Origin: an uncultured Clostridia bacterium
GTDB taxonomy: Bacteria > Bacillota > Clostridia > Oscillospirales > Oscillospiraceae
Length of the DNA: 64,000 nucleotides
Assembly: GCA_945949735.1 (NCBI GenBank)
Contig: CAMFFO010000001.1
Location: 35,362-99,361 of the forward strand
Reading direction: 5' to 3'
The position numbers were made by a program, and so were the translations under genes. The first letter of the stretch is position 1. Each line of letters starts with the position of its first letter. This document shows positions 45,274-54,187 of this stretch, piece by piece. The notes under the pieces were generated by a model, which saw nothing but the letters and a program-made list of their open reading frames with translations, had not been told where the DNA came from and made no database searches.

Positions 45274-46920
45274 ATGGATTATCAGGCCCTTGCCGATCTC
45301 CTGTTTCCCAATGTAACCGATACGCCCGAATCTCTTGAAGAGAAGTACCCTCCCCGTCAGGTTCCGGAGGGTGCGGTCATTACCCGTATGGCCCCCTCCC
45401 CCACTGGCTTTGTGCATCTGGGCAACCTGGTGCAGGGGCTGACCTCCGAGCGGATGGCCCACCAGAGCGGCGGTGTGCTTTTCCTCCGGGTGGAGGATAC
45501 CGATGCCAAACGAGAGGTTCCCGGCGCGGTGGAGGTGCTCATCAACACTCTGAAGCACTACGGCATCCATTTTGACGAAGGCGCCACCATGGACGGCGAT
45601 TCCGGAGACTACGGCCCCTACCGCCAGCGTCAGCGGGCTGCCATTTACCACGTATATGCCAAAAAGCTGGTATCCGAGGGGAAAGCCTATCCCTGCTTCT
45701 GCACCGAAGAGGAGCTTACCGCCATGCGGGAACAGCAGGAGGAGAATAAGGAAACCACCGGCTACTACGGAAAATATGCCATCTGGCGTGACCGCTCCAT
45801 GGAGGAGATCCGTGCCCAGTTGGAGGCCGGGAATCCCTGGGTTCTCCGTTTCCGTTCCACCGGCTCCATTGAAAACCAGTTCAAGTTCGACGATCTGGTC
45901 AAGGGGAAGCTGACCATTACGGAGAACAATGTGGATCATGTCCTCCTGAAATCCGACGGCATCCCCACCTATCACTTCGCCCACGCGGTGGATGACCACC
46001 TGATGCGTACTACCCATGTTGTGCGGGGCGACGAGTGGCTCCCCAGTCTCCCCTTCCACATTCAGCTGTTCCAGGCTCTTGGCTTCCGCCTTCCCAAGTA
46101 TGTCCACATCGGGCCTCTGATGAAGATGGACGGTGCCTCCAAGCGCAAGCTCAGCAAGCGCAAGGATCCGGAGCTGGCGCTGACCTACTACAAGTCCGAG
46201 GGCTTCCCGGTAGAGGCGGTCTATGAGTATATCATGACCCTCCTGAACTCCAATTACGAGGATTGGCGCCGGGCCAACCCCAATGCCCCCTCCACAGACT
46301 TCAAGTTCAGCCCCAAGAAGCTGAATCCCGCCGGAAACCTCTTTGACTACGCCAAGCTCACCGATGTGTCCAAGAACGAAATCGCCAAAATGGACGCGGA
46401 TAAGGTGTACACTCTGCTTCTGGATTGGGCAAAGGAATTTGATCCCGAATTTGGCGCAAAGCTGGAAGCAAACCCTGACTACGCCAAACGGATTCTCGCG
46501 ATCGGCCGCGGCGGTAAGAAGCCCAGAAAGGATCTGGCTGTCTGGAAGGACGCTAAGCCCTATATGGGATTCTTCTATGACGAGTACCTGGAGAAGCCCG
46601 AATTTGATGACCGGTTTGATCAGGAACTCATTGCGGACGCCCTGAACCTTTTCCTTAAGTCCTATGATCCTGCGGACGATTCCGCAGTCTGGTTTGAAAA
46701 GGTGAAGGCAATTGCCACCGAAATCGGCTTTACCACCGATATGAAAGCCTACAAAGCCGACCCCTCTGCCTTCCCCGGCACCGTGGCGGACGTATCCACC
46801 TTTATCCGGCTGGCTGTCACCGGGAAAACCAATTCCCCGGATCTGTATACCGTCATGCAGATTCTCGGCTATGACCGTACCGTCCAGCGCATCCGCAGCG
46901 CCCTTTCCCTTCTGCAGTAA
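45274..46920 (+). CDS. gltX: Glutamate--tRNA ligase
   Basis: TRMAPSPTGFVHLGN, LRVEDTD, AYPCFCT, PTYHFAHAVDDHLM, KLSKRK. Confidence 0.96.
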   Translation: MDYQALADLLFPNVTDTPESLEEKYPPRQVPEGAVITRMAPSPTGFVHLGNLVQGLTSERMAHQSGGVLFLRVEDTDAKREVPGAVEVLINTLKHYGIHFDEGATMDGDSGDYGPYRQRQRAAIYHVYAKKLVSEGKAYPCFCTEEELTAMREQQEENKETTGYYGKYAIWRDRSMEEIRAQLEAGNPWVLRFRSTGSIENQFKFDDLVKGKLTITENNVDHVLLKSDGIPTYHFAHAVDDHLMRTTHVVRGDEWLPSLPFHIQLFQALGFRLPKYVHIGPLMKMDGASKRKLSKRKDPELALTYYKSEGFPVEAVYEYIMTLLNSNYEDWRRANPNAPSTDFKFSPKKLNPAGNLFDYAKLTDVSKNEIAKMDADKVYTLLLDWAKEFDPEFGAKLEANPDYAKRILAIGRGGKKPRKDLAVWKDAKPYMGFFYDEYLEKPEFDDRFDQELIADALNLFLKSYDPADDSAVWFEKVKAIATEIGFTTDMKAYKADPSAFPGTVADVSTFIRLAVTGKTNSPDLYTVMQILGYDRTVQRIRSALSLLQ

Positions 46921-46930
46921 TTCCAAGACA

Positions 46931-46969
46931 AATCGTGCCGGAGCACCTGCCCCGGCACGATTTCTTTTT
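46931..46969 (+). terminator. Intrinsic terminator after gltX
   Basis: AAATCGTGCCGG..CCGGCACGATTTCTTTTT. Confidence 0.75.
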
Positions 46970-47000
46970 CGCATAGCGTGTCTGTTTTTCGAAGATCACA

Positions 47001-47295
47001 AAATTGTTGTTTAGCGTAACATAATACGCTGTCATTGCGAGGAGCGCAGCGACGTGGCAATCCCCCGGATTTTCCGCCCAGCCTCCATCCTTCCGCCCAA
47101 ACTGTCATCCTGAGCGAGCGCAGCGAGTCGAAGGATCTACGCACTGAACGAAGCTGAAATTTGAACGAACACGGCAGATCCCTCGACTCGCTGCGCTCGC
47201 TCGGGATGACAGGAGGAAGAACAGGGGGATTGCCACACCAGTCTGCGGACTGGTTCGCAATGACAGTTCTTTTTTAGTGCTGTAAACAACAATTT
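47001..47295. repeat. Nested palindromic REP/MITE-like element
   Basis: Outer IR AAATTGTTGTTTA/TAAACAACAATTT; middle TGTCATTGCGA..GTGGCAATCCCC / GGGGATTGCCAC..TCGCAATGACA; inner TGTCATCCTGAGCGAGCGCAGCGAGTCGAAGGATCT and its near-perfect inverse. Confidence 0.85.
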
Positions 47296-47319
47296 ATCAA
47301 TTTGCCATGTATTCCGGTA

Positions 47320-49452
47320 TTACTGTGCATCAATATCACGCTGAAGCGTCGCCCGAACCTCTGCTGTGCTCATACCCCATCGATTCGCCAGAAGCCCCAG
47401 CACCTCTTCGCGCACATTGTCCGGGGCGTTTCCCAGGCATTGCCACGCAAATTCCGGCTTGTCCGCCTCATAAAGCTGCGAAAGGATCCAGGCGAAGTAA
47501 TCGGTATAGGCTCCGTCCAGCCCCCGTGTGATGTTCGCCATACTGAAGCACCGTTCCGATGGTGCTTCCATCGACCAATCCTTCAGCATATCCATCAAGG
47601 CGAGCGTTTCCTCCTGTCCGTACTCACTGGCATACCTGCTCCAATCCAGGTAGACCATGAAATCCATGGCATTGTCAATTCCTTGCTGCAGCGCGTCGTG
47701 GATAGCTCCGGCAGCAAAGATGGAATAAAACTCCTCATTGCCGCTGGCATACCGATAACACACGCCCTCGCTCATCCAGATTCCACAGCTGTCGGTTGCC
47801 ATGGCGATGGTTCTGACTTCTCCGTTTTCCATCTCCAGAGTCAGCATTCCCGTAAACCAGCATCCGGCCCCCCTTTCTTTTGTGGAATTCGTGAGCCAGT
47901 TCTCGATTTTTCTCAAGTCTGCCTGATTGGAAACCCTGTGAATTCCATTCCAGTCCAGCGTTGCGGTGCGGATTGTGGTGATGTCCTCCGGTTTGACAGG
48001 GGGAATTATTCCGGCATCGGCAGCAGCAGCCTGGCAAAGGGCAACCAACTCCGCCGCATTCTCAGGCGAAACGCTGCCCACGCCCAGCATGGCCCCCGAC
48101 TCCGTGACCTCCCACCATTCATCTCCATAACAGATGTAGTATCCTCTGCTGCCATCCCATGCATAACCATCCGAGGCATTCTCCACAGCCCTTTGATAGG
48201 CGGAGATCCACAGCTGCTGGTTTTCCGGAACAATATATCGGAAGTCATCTCCCGAGAAGGAAATACCCGTGGGAAGCACGGCGATGCAGACCTTGTCTCT
48301 TTCCTGTTCATCACGCAGAAGCTGGCGCTCAGCCGTTGCAGCAGTGCCTCCCTGCTCTGCGCCATCCGGTACTGTCTGGTCGTCAGGCCCCTCAGCGCCG
48401 TCCTCGGTGTTTCCGATCTCCGTCGGGACAGTGGAAGGATCGAGCTCCTCCGGAGGCGTTTCTTTTGCACCGGTAAACGCGCAGCCTGCCGCAAGTACGC
48501 CAACCAAAATCAAAACGATCATGGTAAGAACTGCCGTTTTGGGCTTCCGGGCAATCATTCGGATACGCTCCCGGATCACACTCTTTTTCGCCGACATGGT
48601 GGTTGCCGTCAGCAGCACATTCCTGCTTTTCTGGGCGGTCATGAGAATGAGGGTGCGGCCATACTCCGCCCTTTCCCTCTCTCCAAGCATCGCAATGGCC
48701 GCTTCATCGCAGGCCAGTTCCGAATCCTGACGGGACAGGGACGCTGCCCACCACACCAGCGGATTATACCAGTGCAGCGCTACACAAACGCCCCGCAATA
48801 CTGCCCAAACGTGATCCCCATGGCGGTAATGGCACCGCTCATGGCATACGCAGTGTCTCAGAAGCGTCGGATTGTCCGCGACCTCCTGCGTCACGTAAAT
48901 TGTCGGGTGAAACAGCCCGAACAGGCAGGGGGAATCCGCAGCCTCCGAGATACGAATCGGCAGGCCTCGGTGAACACCCCGGATTCTCCGGCTGCTTCTT
49001 CTGAGCCTTGCGCCAAAGCGGAGATTGGAATACAGGAAAACTCCGCCAACGGATAAGGCTCCCAGGCTCCAGATGGTTTTCGCTATTTGGGGAATCCATT
49101 CAATCCGGGAAGAATGCTTTTCCGAGGGTCCCAATTCCCTTCCTTCCCCGGAATCCTGCTGCGCAGCTTCCGCATGATCCGGTTTCGCAGCCGCCTGGAC
49201 AGCGGGTGTGGTTCCGTTTTGCGTCTGAACCCTGTTTTCCGTTGATACAGCGGTTTGCCGGTTCTGAATGGAAGCAGAAAGATTCGCCGTGCTGATGACG
49301 CTGTGACCGATATTCACCGGGATCAGCAGCCGGAGCAGCACCAAAGCCCACAGGGCATAGCGCAGCCGCTGGCTGATTCTGTCCTTAAATATGGCCCGGG
49401 TGCCAATTACCATCAGAATCAGGAAGCTATAGGACAGAATCCAATCAATCAT
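47320..49452 (-). CDS. BlaR1-like M56 family metallopeptidase/sensor with unknown C-terminal domain
   Basis: RYALW.LVLLRLL.P, SPCLFG, HERCH (HExxH), HWYNPLVW, ELACDE. Confidence 0.9.
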   Translation of the reverse strand: MIDWILSYSFLILMVIGTRAIFKDRISQRLRYALWALVLLRLLIPVNIGHSVISTANLSASIQNRQTAVSTENRVQTQNGTTPAVQAAAKPDHAEAAQQDSGEGRELGPSEKHSSRIEWIPQIAKTIWSLGALSVGGVFLYSNLRFGARLRRSSRRIRGVHRGLPIRISEAADSPCLFGLFHPTIYVTQEVADNPTLLRHCVCHERCHYRHGDHVWAVLRGVCVALHWYNPLVWWAASLSRQDSELACDEAAIAMLGERERAEYGRTLILMTAQKSRNVLLTATTMSAKKSVIRERIRMIARKPKTAVLTMIVLILVGVLAAGCAFTGAKETPPEELDPSTVPTEIGNTEDGAEGPDDQTVPDGAEQGGTAATAERQLLRDEQERDKVCIAVLPTGISFSGDDFRYIVPENQQLWISAYQRAVENASDGYAWDGSRGYYICYGDEWWEVTESGAMLGVGSVSPENAAELVALCQAAAADAGIIPPVKPEDITTIRTATLDWNGIHRVSNQADLRKIENWLTNSTKERGAGCWFTGMLTLEMENGEVRTIAMATDSCGIWMSEGVCYRYASGNEEFYSIFAAGAIHDALQQGIDNAMDFMVYLDWSRYASEYGQEETLALMDMLKDWSMEAPSERCFSMANITRGLDGAYTDYFAWILSQLYEADKPEFAWQCLGNAPDNVREEVLGLLANRWGMSTAEVRATLQRDIDAQ

Positions 49453-49834
49453 CGTTCCCGGCCTCCATCTGTCTGAGAATTGAATACAGCTCGTCAATTT
49501 CCTCCTGACGCAAGGGCTGTTTTTTTGTCAGGGAACTGACCATCAGGCTTAAGCTGCCTTTGTACACCCGATCCAGAAGGCTCTCGGTTTCCCGAAGGGC
49601 GGCATCCTCCCTCCGGATCAGAGGTCTGAAAACCTTTCGCTCCCCATCAGCCTCCCCGGACACGGCTCCCTTTGCCTCCAGTCTGCGAAGCAGCGTAAGA
49701 GAAGTGCTTCGTGTCCAGCCCATGCGTTTTGCGAGCCACTGGGCCGCTTCTCTGCCGGTTCTTGGCTCCTTCTCCCACAGGCATTCCATTACCGCCCATT
49801 CCGCCTCGGTCAGGCGGATGTGTTCTTTCTCCAT
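49445..49834 (-). CDS. BlaI/MecI/CopY family repressor
   Basis: LTEAEWAVMECLW, W..ST..TLL.RL..KG, translationally coupled to the M56 gene. Confidence 0.93.
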   Translation of the reverse strand: MEKEHIRLTEAEWAVMECLWEKEPRTGREAAQWLAKRMGWTRSTSLTLLRRLEAKGAVSGEADGERKVFRPLIRREDAALRETESLLDRVYKGSLSLMVSSLTKKQPLRQEEIDELYSILRQMEAGNDD

Positions 49835-49851
49835 AGGTTCACCCCTTATTA

Positions 49852-49902
49852 CTGTTTACAGCTGTAAACAGATCATATCATGTGTGTTTACAGTTGTCAA
49901 CA
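49852..49902 (-). promoter_or_regulatory. blaI promoter with two BlaI-type operators
   Basis: Perfect palindrome CTGTTTACAGCTGTAAACAG (49852-49871) and TGTTTACAGTTGTCAACA (49885-49902), TACA-NN-TGTA type; TTGACA-17 bp-TATGAT on minus strand. Confidence 0.85.
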
Positions 49903-49978
49903 ACGATTCTTTGATATCAGCACGGAGAATCTCAGCTTTTCGGGCATACTATTCCTGTGCAGCGAAAGGGGTATGTTT

Positions 49979-50911
49979 ATGAATTCCAATCATGTATACG
50001 ATATGCTCATTCTGGGAGGCGGGCCGGGAGGCTATACCGCAGCGCTCTACGCTGCCAGAGCCGGATTGGACGTGCTTGTGCTGGAGAAGCTATGGGCAGG
50101 AGGACAGATGGCCCTCACCCATCAGATTGACAACTACCCCGGATTTCCGGAGGGCGTCGATGGTTTCTCACTGGGTGACTCCATGCGCAGACAGGCGGAA
50201 CGCTTCGGCGCGGTCACAATATTCACGGAGGTCACCAAGGTGAATCTTTTGGATAATCCAAAGGTTGCAGAAGCATCCGGGGAGCGTTTTATTGCCAAAA
50301 CGGTGGTTATTGCCACAGGCGCAACCCCCAGACACCTGGAGCTTGCGGGAGAAACGGAACTCCTGGGCCGGGGTGTCGCCTACTGCGCGGCCTGCGACGC
50401 CATGTTTTATAAGGGGAAATGTGTGGCTGTGGTAGGCGGCGGAAATTCTGCCGCTTCGGATGCGCTGCTCCTGAGCAAAATCGCGGCAAAAGTGATTCTC
50501 ATCCATCGGAAGAATACCCTCCGCGCCGAGAAGATTGACGAGGAAGCGCTCAGAAATGCCGGAAATGTGGAATTTCGCTGGAACAACGTTGTAACAGCGC
50601 TGCTTCACAGGGAGAAGCTCATCGGGATTCAGCTTCAGGATGTCCAATCCGGGACAGAATCCACACTGGAATGTGAAGGGCTCTTTATCAGCATCGGAAG
50701 AGTTCCCACGACGCAGCTTTTTGGCTCTCAGTTGGAGCTTGCTGCTGGAGGTTACATTCCGGCGGGAGAGACAACCGAAACCGCTATTCCCGGTGTCTAT
50801 GCTGTTGGGGATGTCCGTACCAAGCCCCTTCGCCAGATTGTAACCGCTATGTCCGACGGAGCCGTTGCCGTTCACATGGCCGGAGAGTATCTATCCTCCC
50901 TGCAGAAGTAG
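49979..50911 (+). CDS. trxB: Thioredoxin-disulfide reductase
   Basis: GGGPGGYTAA, NYPGF, ATGA, YCAACD (CxxC), GGGNSA, AVGDVR. Confidence 0.9.
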   Translation: MNSNHVYDMLILGGGPGGYTAALYAARAGLDVLVLEKLWAGGQMALTHQIDNYPGFPEGVDGFSLGDSMRRQAERFGAVTIFTEVTKVNLLDNPKVAEASGERFIAKTVVIATGATPRHLELAGETELLGRGVAYCAACDAMFYKGKCVAVVGGGNSAASDALLLSKIAAKVILIHRKNTLRAEKIDEEALRNAGNVEFRWNNVVTALLHREKLIGIQLQDVQSGTESTLECEGLFISIGRVPTTQLFGSQLELAAGGYIPAGETTETAIPGVYAVGDVRTKPLRQIVTAMSDGAVAVHMAGEYLSSLQK

Positions 50912-50948
50912 AAACGTCTCCCTATGGGAAACCACAGGGAGACGTTTT
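50912..50948. terminator. Bidirectional terminator
   Basis: AAACGTCTCCCT..AGGGAGACGTTTT. Confidence 0.78.
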
Positions 50949-51386
50949 TCAAAGAAAGATTCCGGTGAAGCACTGCACAGCAAGGTATATCCCCAGAGCG
51001 GTCAGAATCAGTGCCGTTTTTGACCCGTTTCCGGAGGCAATTCTCCCGGTAACCGATTCAAAAATCCAGGTCGTTCCGGTAAAGATTACACCTCCGGCCA
51101 ATGCCAGCTTCCACCATTCCCGTGCCCCGGCCATTCCGGAAGCCACAGGAAGCAGCGCAAAGCTGATTGCCGAGAAAAGGAAGATCAGAAGGTAGTTTCT
51201 CCCTGCCCCCGGCGCGAAAAAATGTTCCAGAAGAAGCGCCGCAAGGGAAATCAGGGTAATCCCTGGAATATCCAGCGCCGGCAGAATCACACCGGGCAGG
51301 AAGGTTTTTACCAGTACGCAGGCAAGCAGAATTGCACTCAAACCTACGGTCAAAACCACATTCAGCAGATAAGATTTGTTTTTCAC
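50949..51386 (-). CDS. Hydrophobic membrane protein (about 5 TMs), last gene of the Rnf-like operon
   Basis: GTG start 4 nt after the rnfG-like stop with GGAGG RBS; almost entirely hydrophobic. Confidence 0.8.
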   Translation of the reverse strand: MKNKSYLLNVVLTVGLSAILLACVLVKTFLPGVILPALDIPGITLISLAALLLEHFFAPGAGRNYLLIFLFSAISFALLPVASGMAGAREWWKLALAGGVIFTGTTWIFESVTGRIASGNGSKTALILTALGIYLAVQCFTGIFL

Positions 51387-51390
51387 TCCG

Positions 51391-51927
51391 TCAGCCTCCC
51401 CATGTGGTCGCGCTGGAAGCCCCGTCCGCTCCGGTGACAAAGGCTGACGCGGCATTCACGCCCCGGGCAATGGCCCTGGAGGTGACAGTGGCTCCCGTCA
51501 GTGCATCCACATTGTCCCCCACAGCCGCGTCGCCCCTGGTGTTCAAAAACTGGGAGAGAAATTCCGTGTCCGTAAGGGCGCGGCCGCCAAGGCCTCCGGT
51601 TTCCCGCAGCTCCCGAACCACCAGTCCGGCAACTGTTCCATCCCTGTAAACGCCCACCAGCATGGAAATATCTCCCGCATAGCCCGATGTAACCACATGG
51701 ACAACGTAGCCGTTCTCTGCTTTGTAAGCGGCTCGGATGTTCTCATCCGTGCCGGAATAGGGCTCCTGCGAAAAAGCGCTGCTGCCCGGAAGAATGGTTC
51801 TCATCATCTCTTCCAACTCCCGCCGGGTGTTTTCCTCCCGAATAGGGGAAAGGCCCGCGGAAACGGCAAAAAGAACGGCAGCAGCCGCCAAAATCGCGAG
51901 AACTGGTATCAAAATGTCTTTTTTCAT
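51391..51927 (-). CDS. rnfG: RnfG-like FMN-binding protein
   Basis: N-terminal TM, GYAG.I..LVGV, ETGGLG, FLSQF, VDALTGATVTSRAI flavinylation motif. Confidence 0.85.
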   Translation of the reverse strand: MKKDILIPVLAILAAAAVLFAVSAGLSPIREENTRRELEEMMRTILPGSSAFSQEPYSGTDENIRAAYKAENGYVVHVVTSGYAGDISMLVGVYRDGTVAGLVVRELRETGGLGGRALTDTEFLSQFLNTRGDAAVGDNVDALTGATVTSRAIARGVNAASAFVTGADGASSATTWGG

Positions 51928-52862
51928 ACCTGTTCTCCTTTCTTCACGCCAAACCGGCGGGGGGCGGTGACCCGGTCAATTCCCCAGGTGGCCAGATTCA
52001 TCAGCAGAATGGCATAGGTAACCCCCTCCGGAAACAATCCAAAATACCGGAAGAAAACCGTAAGCACACCGCAGCCGATGCCGTAGAGGATCTGTCCCAT
52101 GGGTGTTACGGGAGAGGTGGCATAATCCGTCGCCATAAAGATGGCTCCCAGCATCACGCCGCCTCCCAAAACGCTGTACAGCATCCAGACGACGGGACTG
52201 CCGGTCTTGGAAAAGATCAGGGTCAGCACCGCGACGCTGCCGAGATAGGCCAGCGGTATCTTGGGGGAAATGACCTTCCGGGCAACCAGGAACACGCCTC
52301 CCAGCAGCAGCGCCAGGGCGGACAGCTCTCCAATAGAGCCGGGAATTCTTCCAAGAAACATATCCATCAGGCTGTATTCCGGCAGAGCGGGCATTACCAT
52401 ACGGTGAAGCGGTGTAGCAGAGCTAATGCCGTCAATCGCCTCATAGTGCGTCAGCGCAGCGGGAAAAAGCAGCATCAGGAACGCGCGTGCCGCCAGGGCG
52501 GGATTCAGGATATTCTGTCCCAGTCCGCCGCACATACATTTGGCAAGCACGATGGCAAACACGCTTCCAAGTACTGCAATTCCGAGAGGAATGGATGCGG
52601 GCAGCGTCAATGCCAGCAGCATTCCGGTGACCAGCGCAGAGCAATCCCGAAGGGTATTTTGTTTTCCGGCAGCCTTGCAATAAAGCCACTCCGCCCCTAC
52701 GGCGGACGCCATGGAAACCGCCGTAACCGCCAGAGCCCGGAAACCCAGCACCCAGGTTCCCACTGCCAGGGCCGGCAGCAGCGCCACTACCACATCCAGC
52801 ATCAGTCTGCTGGTTTTAAAATCCCCGCGGATATGGGGTGAGGACTGAACCGTCAGATTCAT
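51924..52862 (-). CDS. rnfD: RnfD-like membrane subunit
   Basis: SSPH, SALVTG, GGLGQNILNPAL, DGISSATPL, GSIGE, FMATDYATSP, PEGVTYAILLMN. Confidence 0.93.
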   Translation of the reverse strand: MNLTVQSSPHIRGDFKTSRLMLDVVVALLPALAVGTWVLGFRALAVTAVSMASAVGAEWLYCKAAGKQNTLRDCSALVTGMLLALTLPASIPLGIAVLGSVFAIVLAKCMCGGLGQNILNPALAARAFLMLLFPAALTHYEAIDGISSATPLHRMVMPALPEYSLMDMFLGRIPGSIGELSALALLLGGVFLVARKVISPKIPLAYLGSVAVLTLIFSKTGSPVVWMLYSVLGGGVMLGAIFMATDYATSPVTPMGQILYGIGCGVLTVFFRYFGLFPEGVTYAILLMNLATWGIDRVTAPRRFGVKKGEQV

Positions 52863-54169
52863 TTGCTCTTCGCCTCCTTCAGAAGCTGTTTTCCGCTGCG
52901 GATTCGTTCTACCAGCGGGAGCTTGCCGGGGCAGGTAAAGGCACAGCTCCCGCATTCAATACAGTCCATAACATGAAGCCGCTCCAGCTCCCTAGTATTC
53001 TTCACCTTCTCAAACCGGTACAGGTACAGCGGCTGCAGCCGCATGGGGCAGACGGAGACACATTTTCCGCAGCGCAGGCAAACCGGATTCTCAGCCGCTC
53101 CGTTGCGATCCTTCAGCAGGCACAGCACGGAATTCGTCGCCTTCACCACGGGCACGGAAAGATCACTCTGGGCAATGCCCATCATGGGCCCGCCGCTGAT
53201 CACCCGTTCCGTGCTGTCGTTCAGTCCTCCGGCAACCTCGATCAGGTCATGGAAGCTGGTACCGATCCGGACGATAAAATTCTGGGGTTCCCGGATAGCC
53301 TCTCCGGACACGGTTACGATCCGGGATGTCACAGGCACCCCCAGCTCCACGGCACGGTAAATCGCGGCAAAGGTGGATACATTAAACACCGCACAATGCG
53401 CGCTGACCGGAAGCTGTCCCGGGAGAACCTCCCTTCCCGTCAATGCCTGAATGAGCTGCTTTTCCGCCCCCTGGGGGTAACGGGTGGGAAGCACTTCCAA
53501 TTCAATACCGGCATACTCCGGAAGAAGGTCTTTAACCTTGGCAATTGCTTCCTGCTTGTTGTCCTCTACCGCGAGAATTGCCCGTTTGGGCTGCAAAACC
53601 CGGCAAAGAATCTGCATTCCACGCAGCACCTGCTCCGGATTTGTTCTGAGCAGCGTATCATCCGCCGTAATATAGGGCTCGCATTCGCAGGCGTTGGCGA
53701 TCAGGGTATCTACTTTCCCAATCGCGGAAAGCGCTTTCACATTTCCCGGGAAAGCCGCGCCGCCCATGCCGACAATTCCGGCCTCCCGGATCAGGCCGAG
53801 AATGGCATCCGGATCCATTGCCTCAGCATTCTGGCAGTATGTCCTCGGTGGAATGGTGGTATCCTGAAAATCATTTTCAATCACAACCGCATTTATCAGT
53901 TTGCCCGAGGGATGGGGCCGGGGCTCAACGGCAATTACCGTTCCGGAAACAGAGGCGTGTACCGGGACGCACAGACCTTCCCCGTCGCCGATCTTTTGCC
54001 CCCGAAGAACCTTGTCTCCCACCTTCACCAGTGGGACACAGGGCACACCGATATGCTGAAGCATGGGAATGACAACCTGTTTTGGGATGACTGCCACCGA
54101 AGGCGTAACCTTAACGGACAGTTCTTTGCGGTAGGAGGGGTGAATTCCTCCAAAGAATCGTCTTTTCAT
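52859..54169 (-). CDS. rnfC: RnfC-like NADH/flavin/Fe-S subunit
   Basis: FFGGIHP, QHIG, HASVSG, GIVGMGGAAFP, ECEPYITAD, YPQGAEK, GGPMMG, two CxxCxxCxxxCP motifs. Confidence 0.95.
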   Translation of the reverse strand: MKRRFFGGIHPSYRKELSVKVTPSVAVIPKQVVIPMLQHIGVPCVPLVKVGDKVLRGQKIGDGEGLCVPVHASVSGTVIAVEPRPHPSGKLINAVVIENDFQDTTIPPRTYCQNAEAMDPDAILGLIREAGIVGMGGAAFPGNVKALSAIGKVDTLIANACECEPYITADDTLLRTNPEQVLRGMQILCRVLQPKRAILAVEDNKQEAIAKVKDLLPEYAGIELEVLPTRYPQGAEKQLIQALTGREVLPGQLPVSAHCAVFNVSTFAAIYRAVELGVPVTSRIVTVSGEAIREPQNFIVRIGTSFHDLIEVAGGLNDSTERVISGGPMMGIAQSDLSVPVVKATNSVLCLLKDRNGAAENPVCLRCGKCVSVCPMRLQPLYLYRFEKVKNTRELERLHVMDCIECGSCAFTCPGKLPLVERIRSGKQLLKEAKSK

Positions 54170-54187
54170 TTTCTTGTCACCTCATTT

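Noticed and set aside
45229-46974. 581-aa minus-strand ORF
   Set aside because: Antisense shadow of gltX.
46869-47144. Short ORFs across the palindromic repeats (also at 59466-59726)
   Set aside because: Translations of repeat DNA with no RBS.
47302-49056. 584-aa + strand ORF
   Set aside because: Antisense to the M56 gene, no recognisable motifs.
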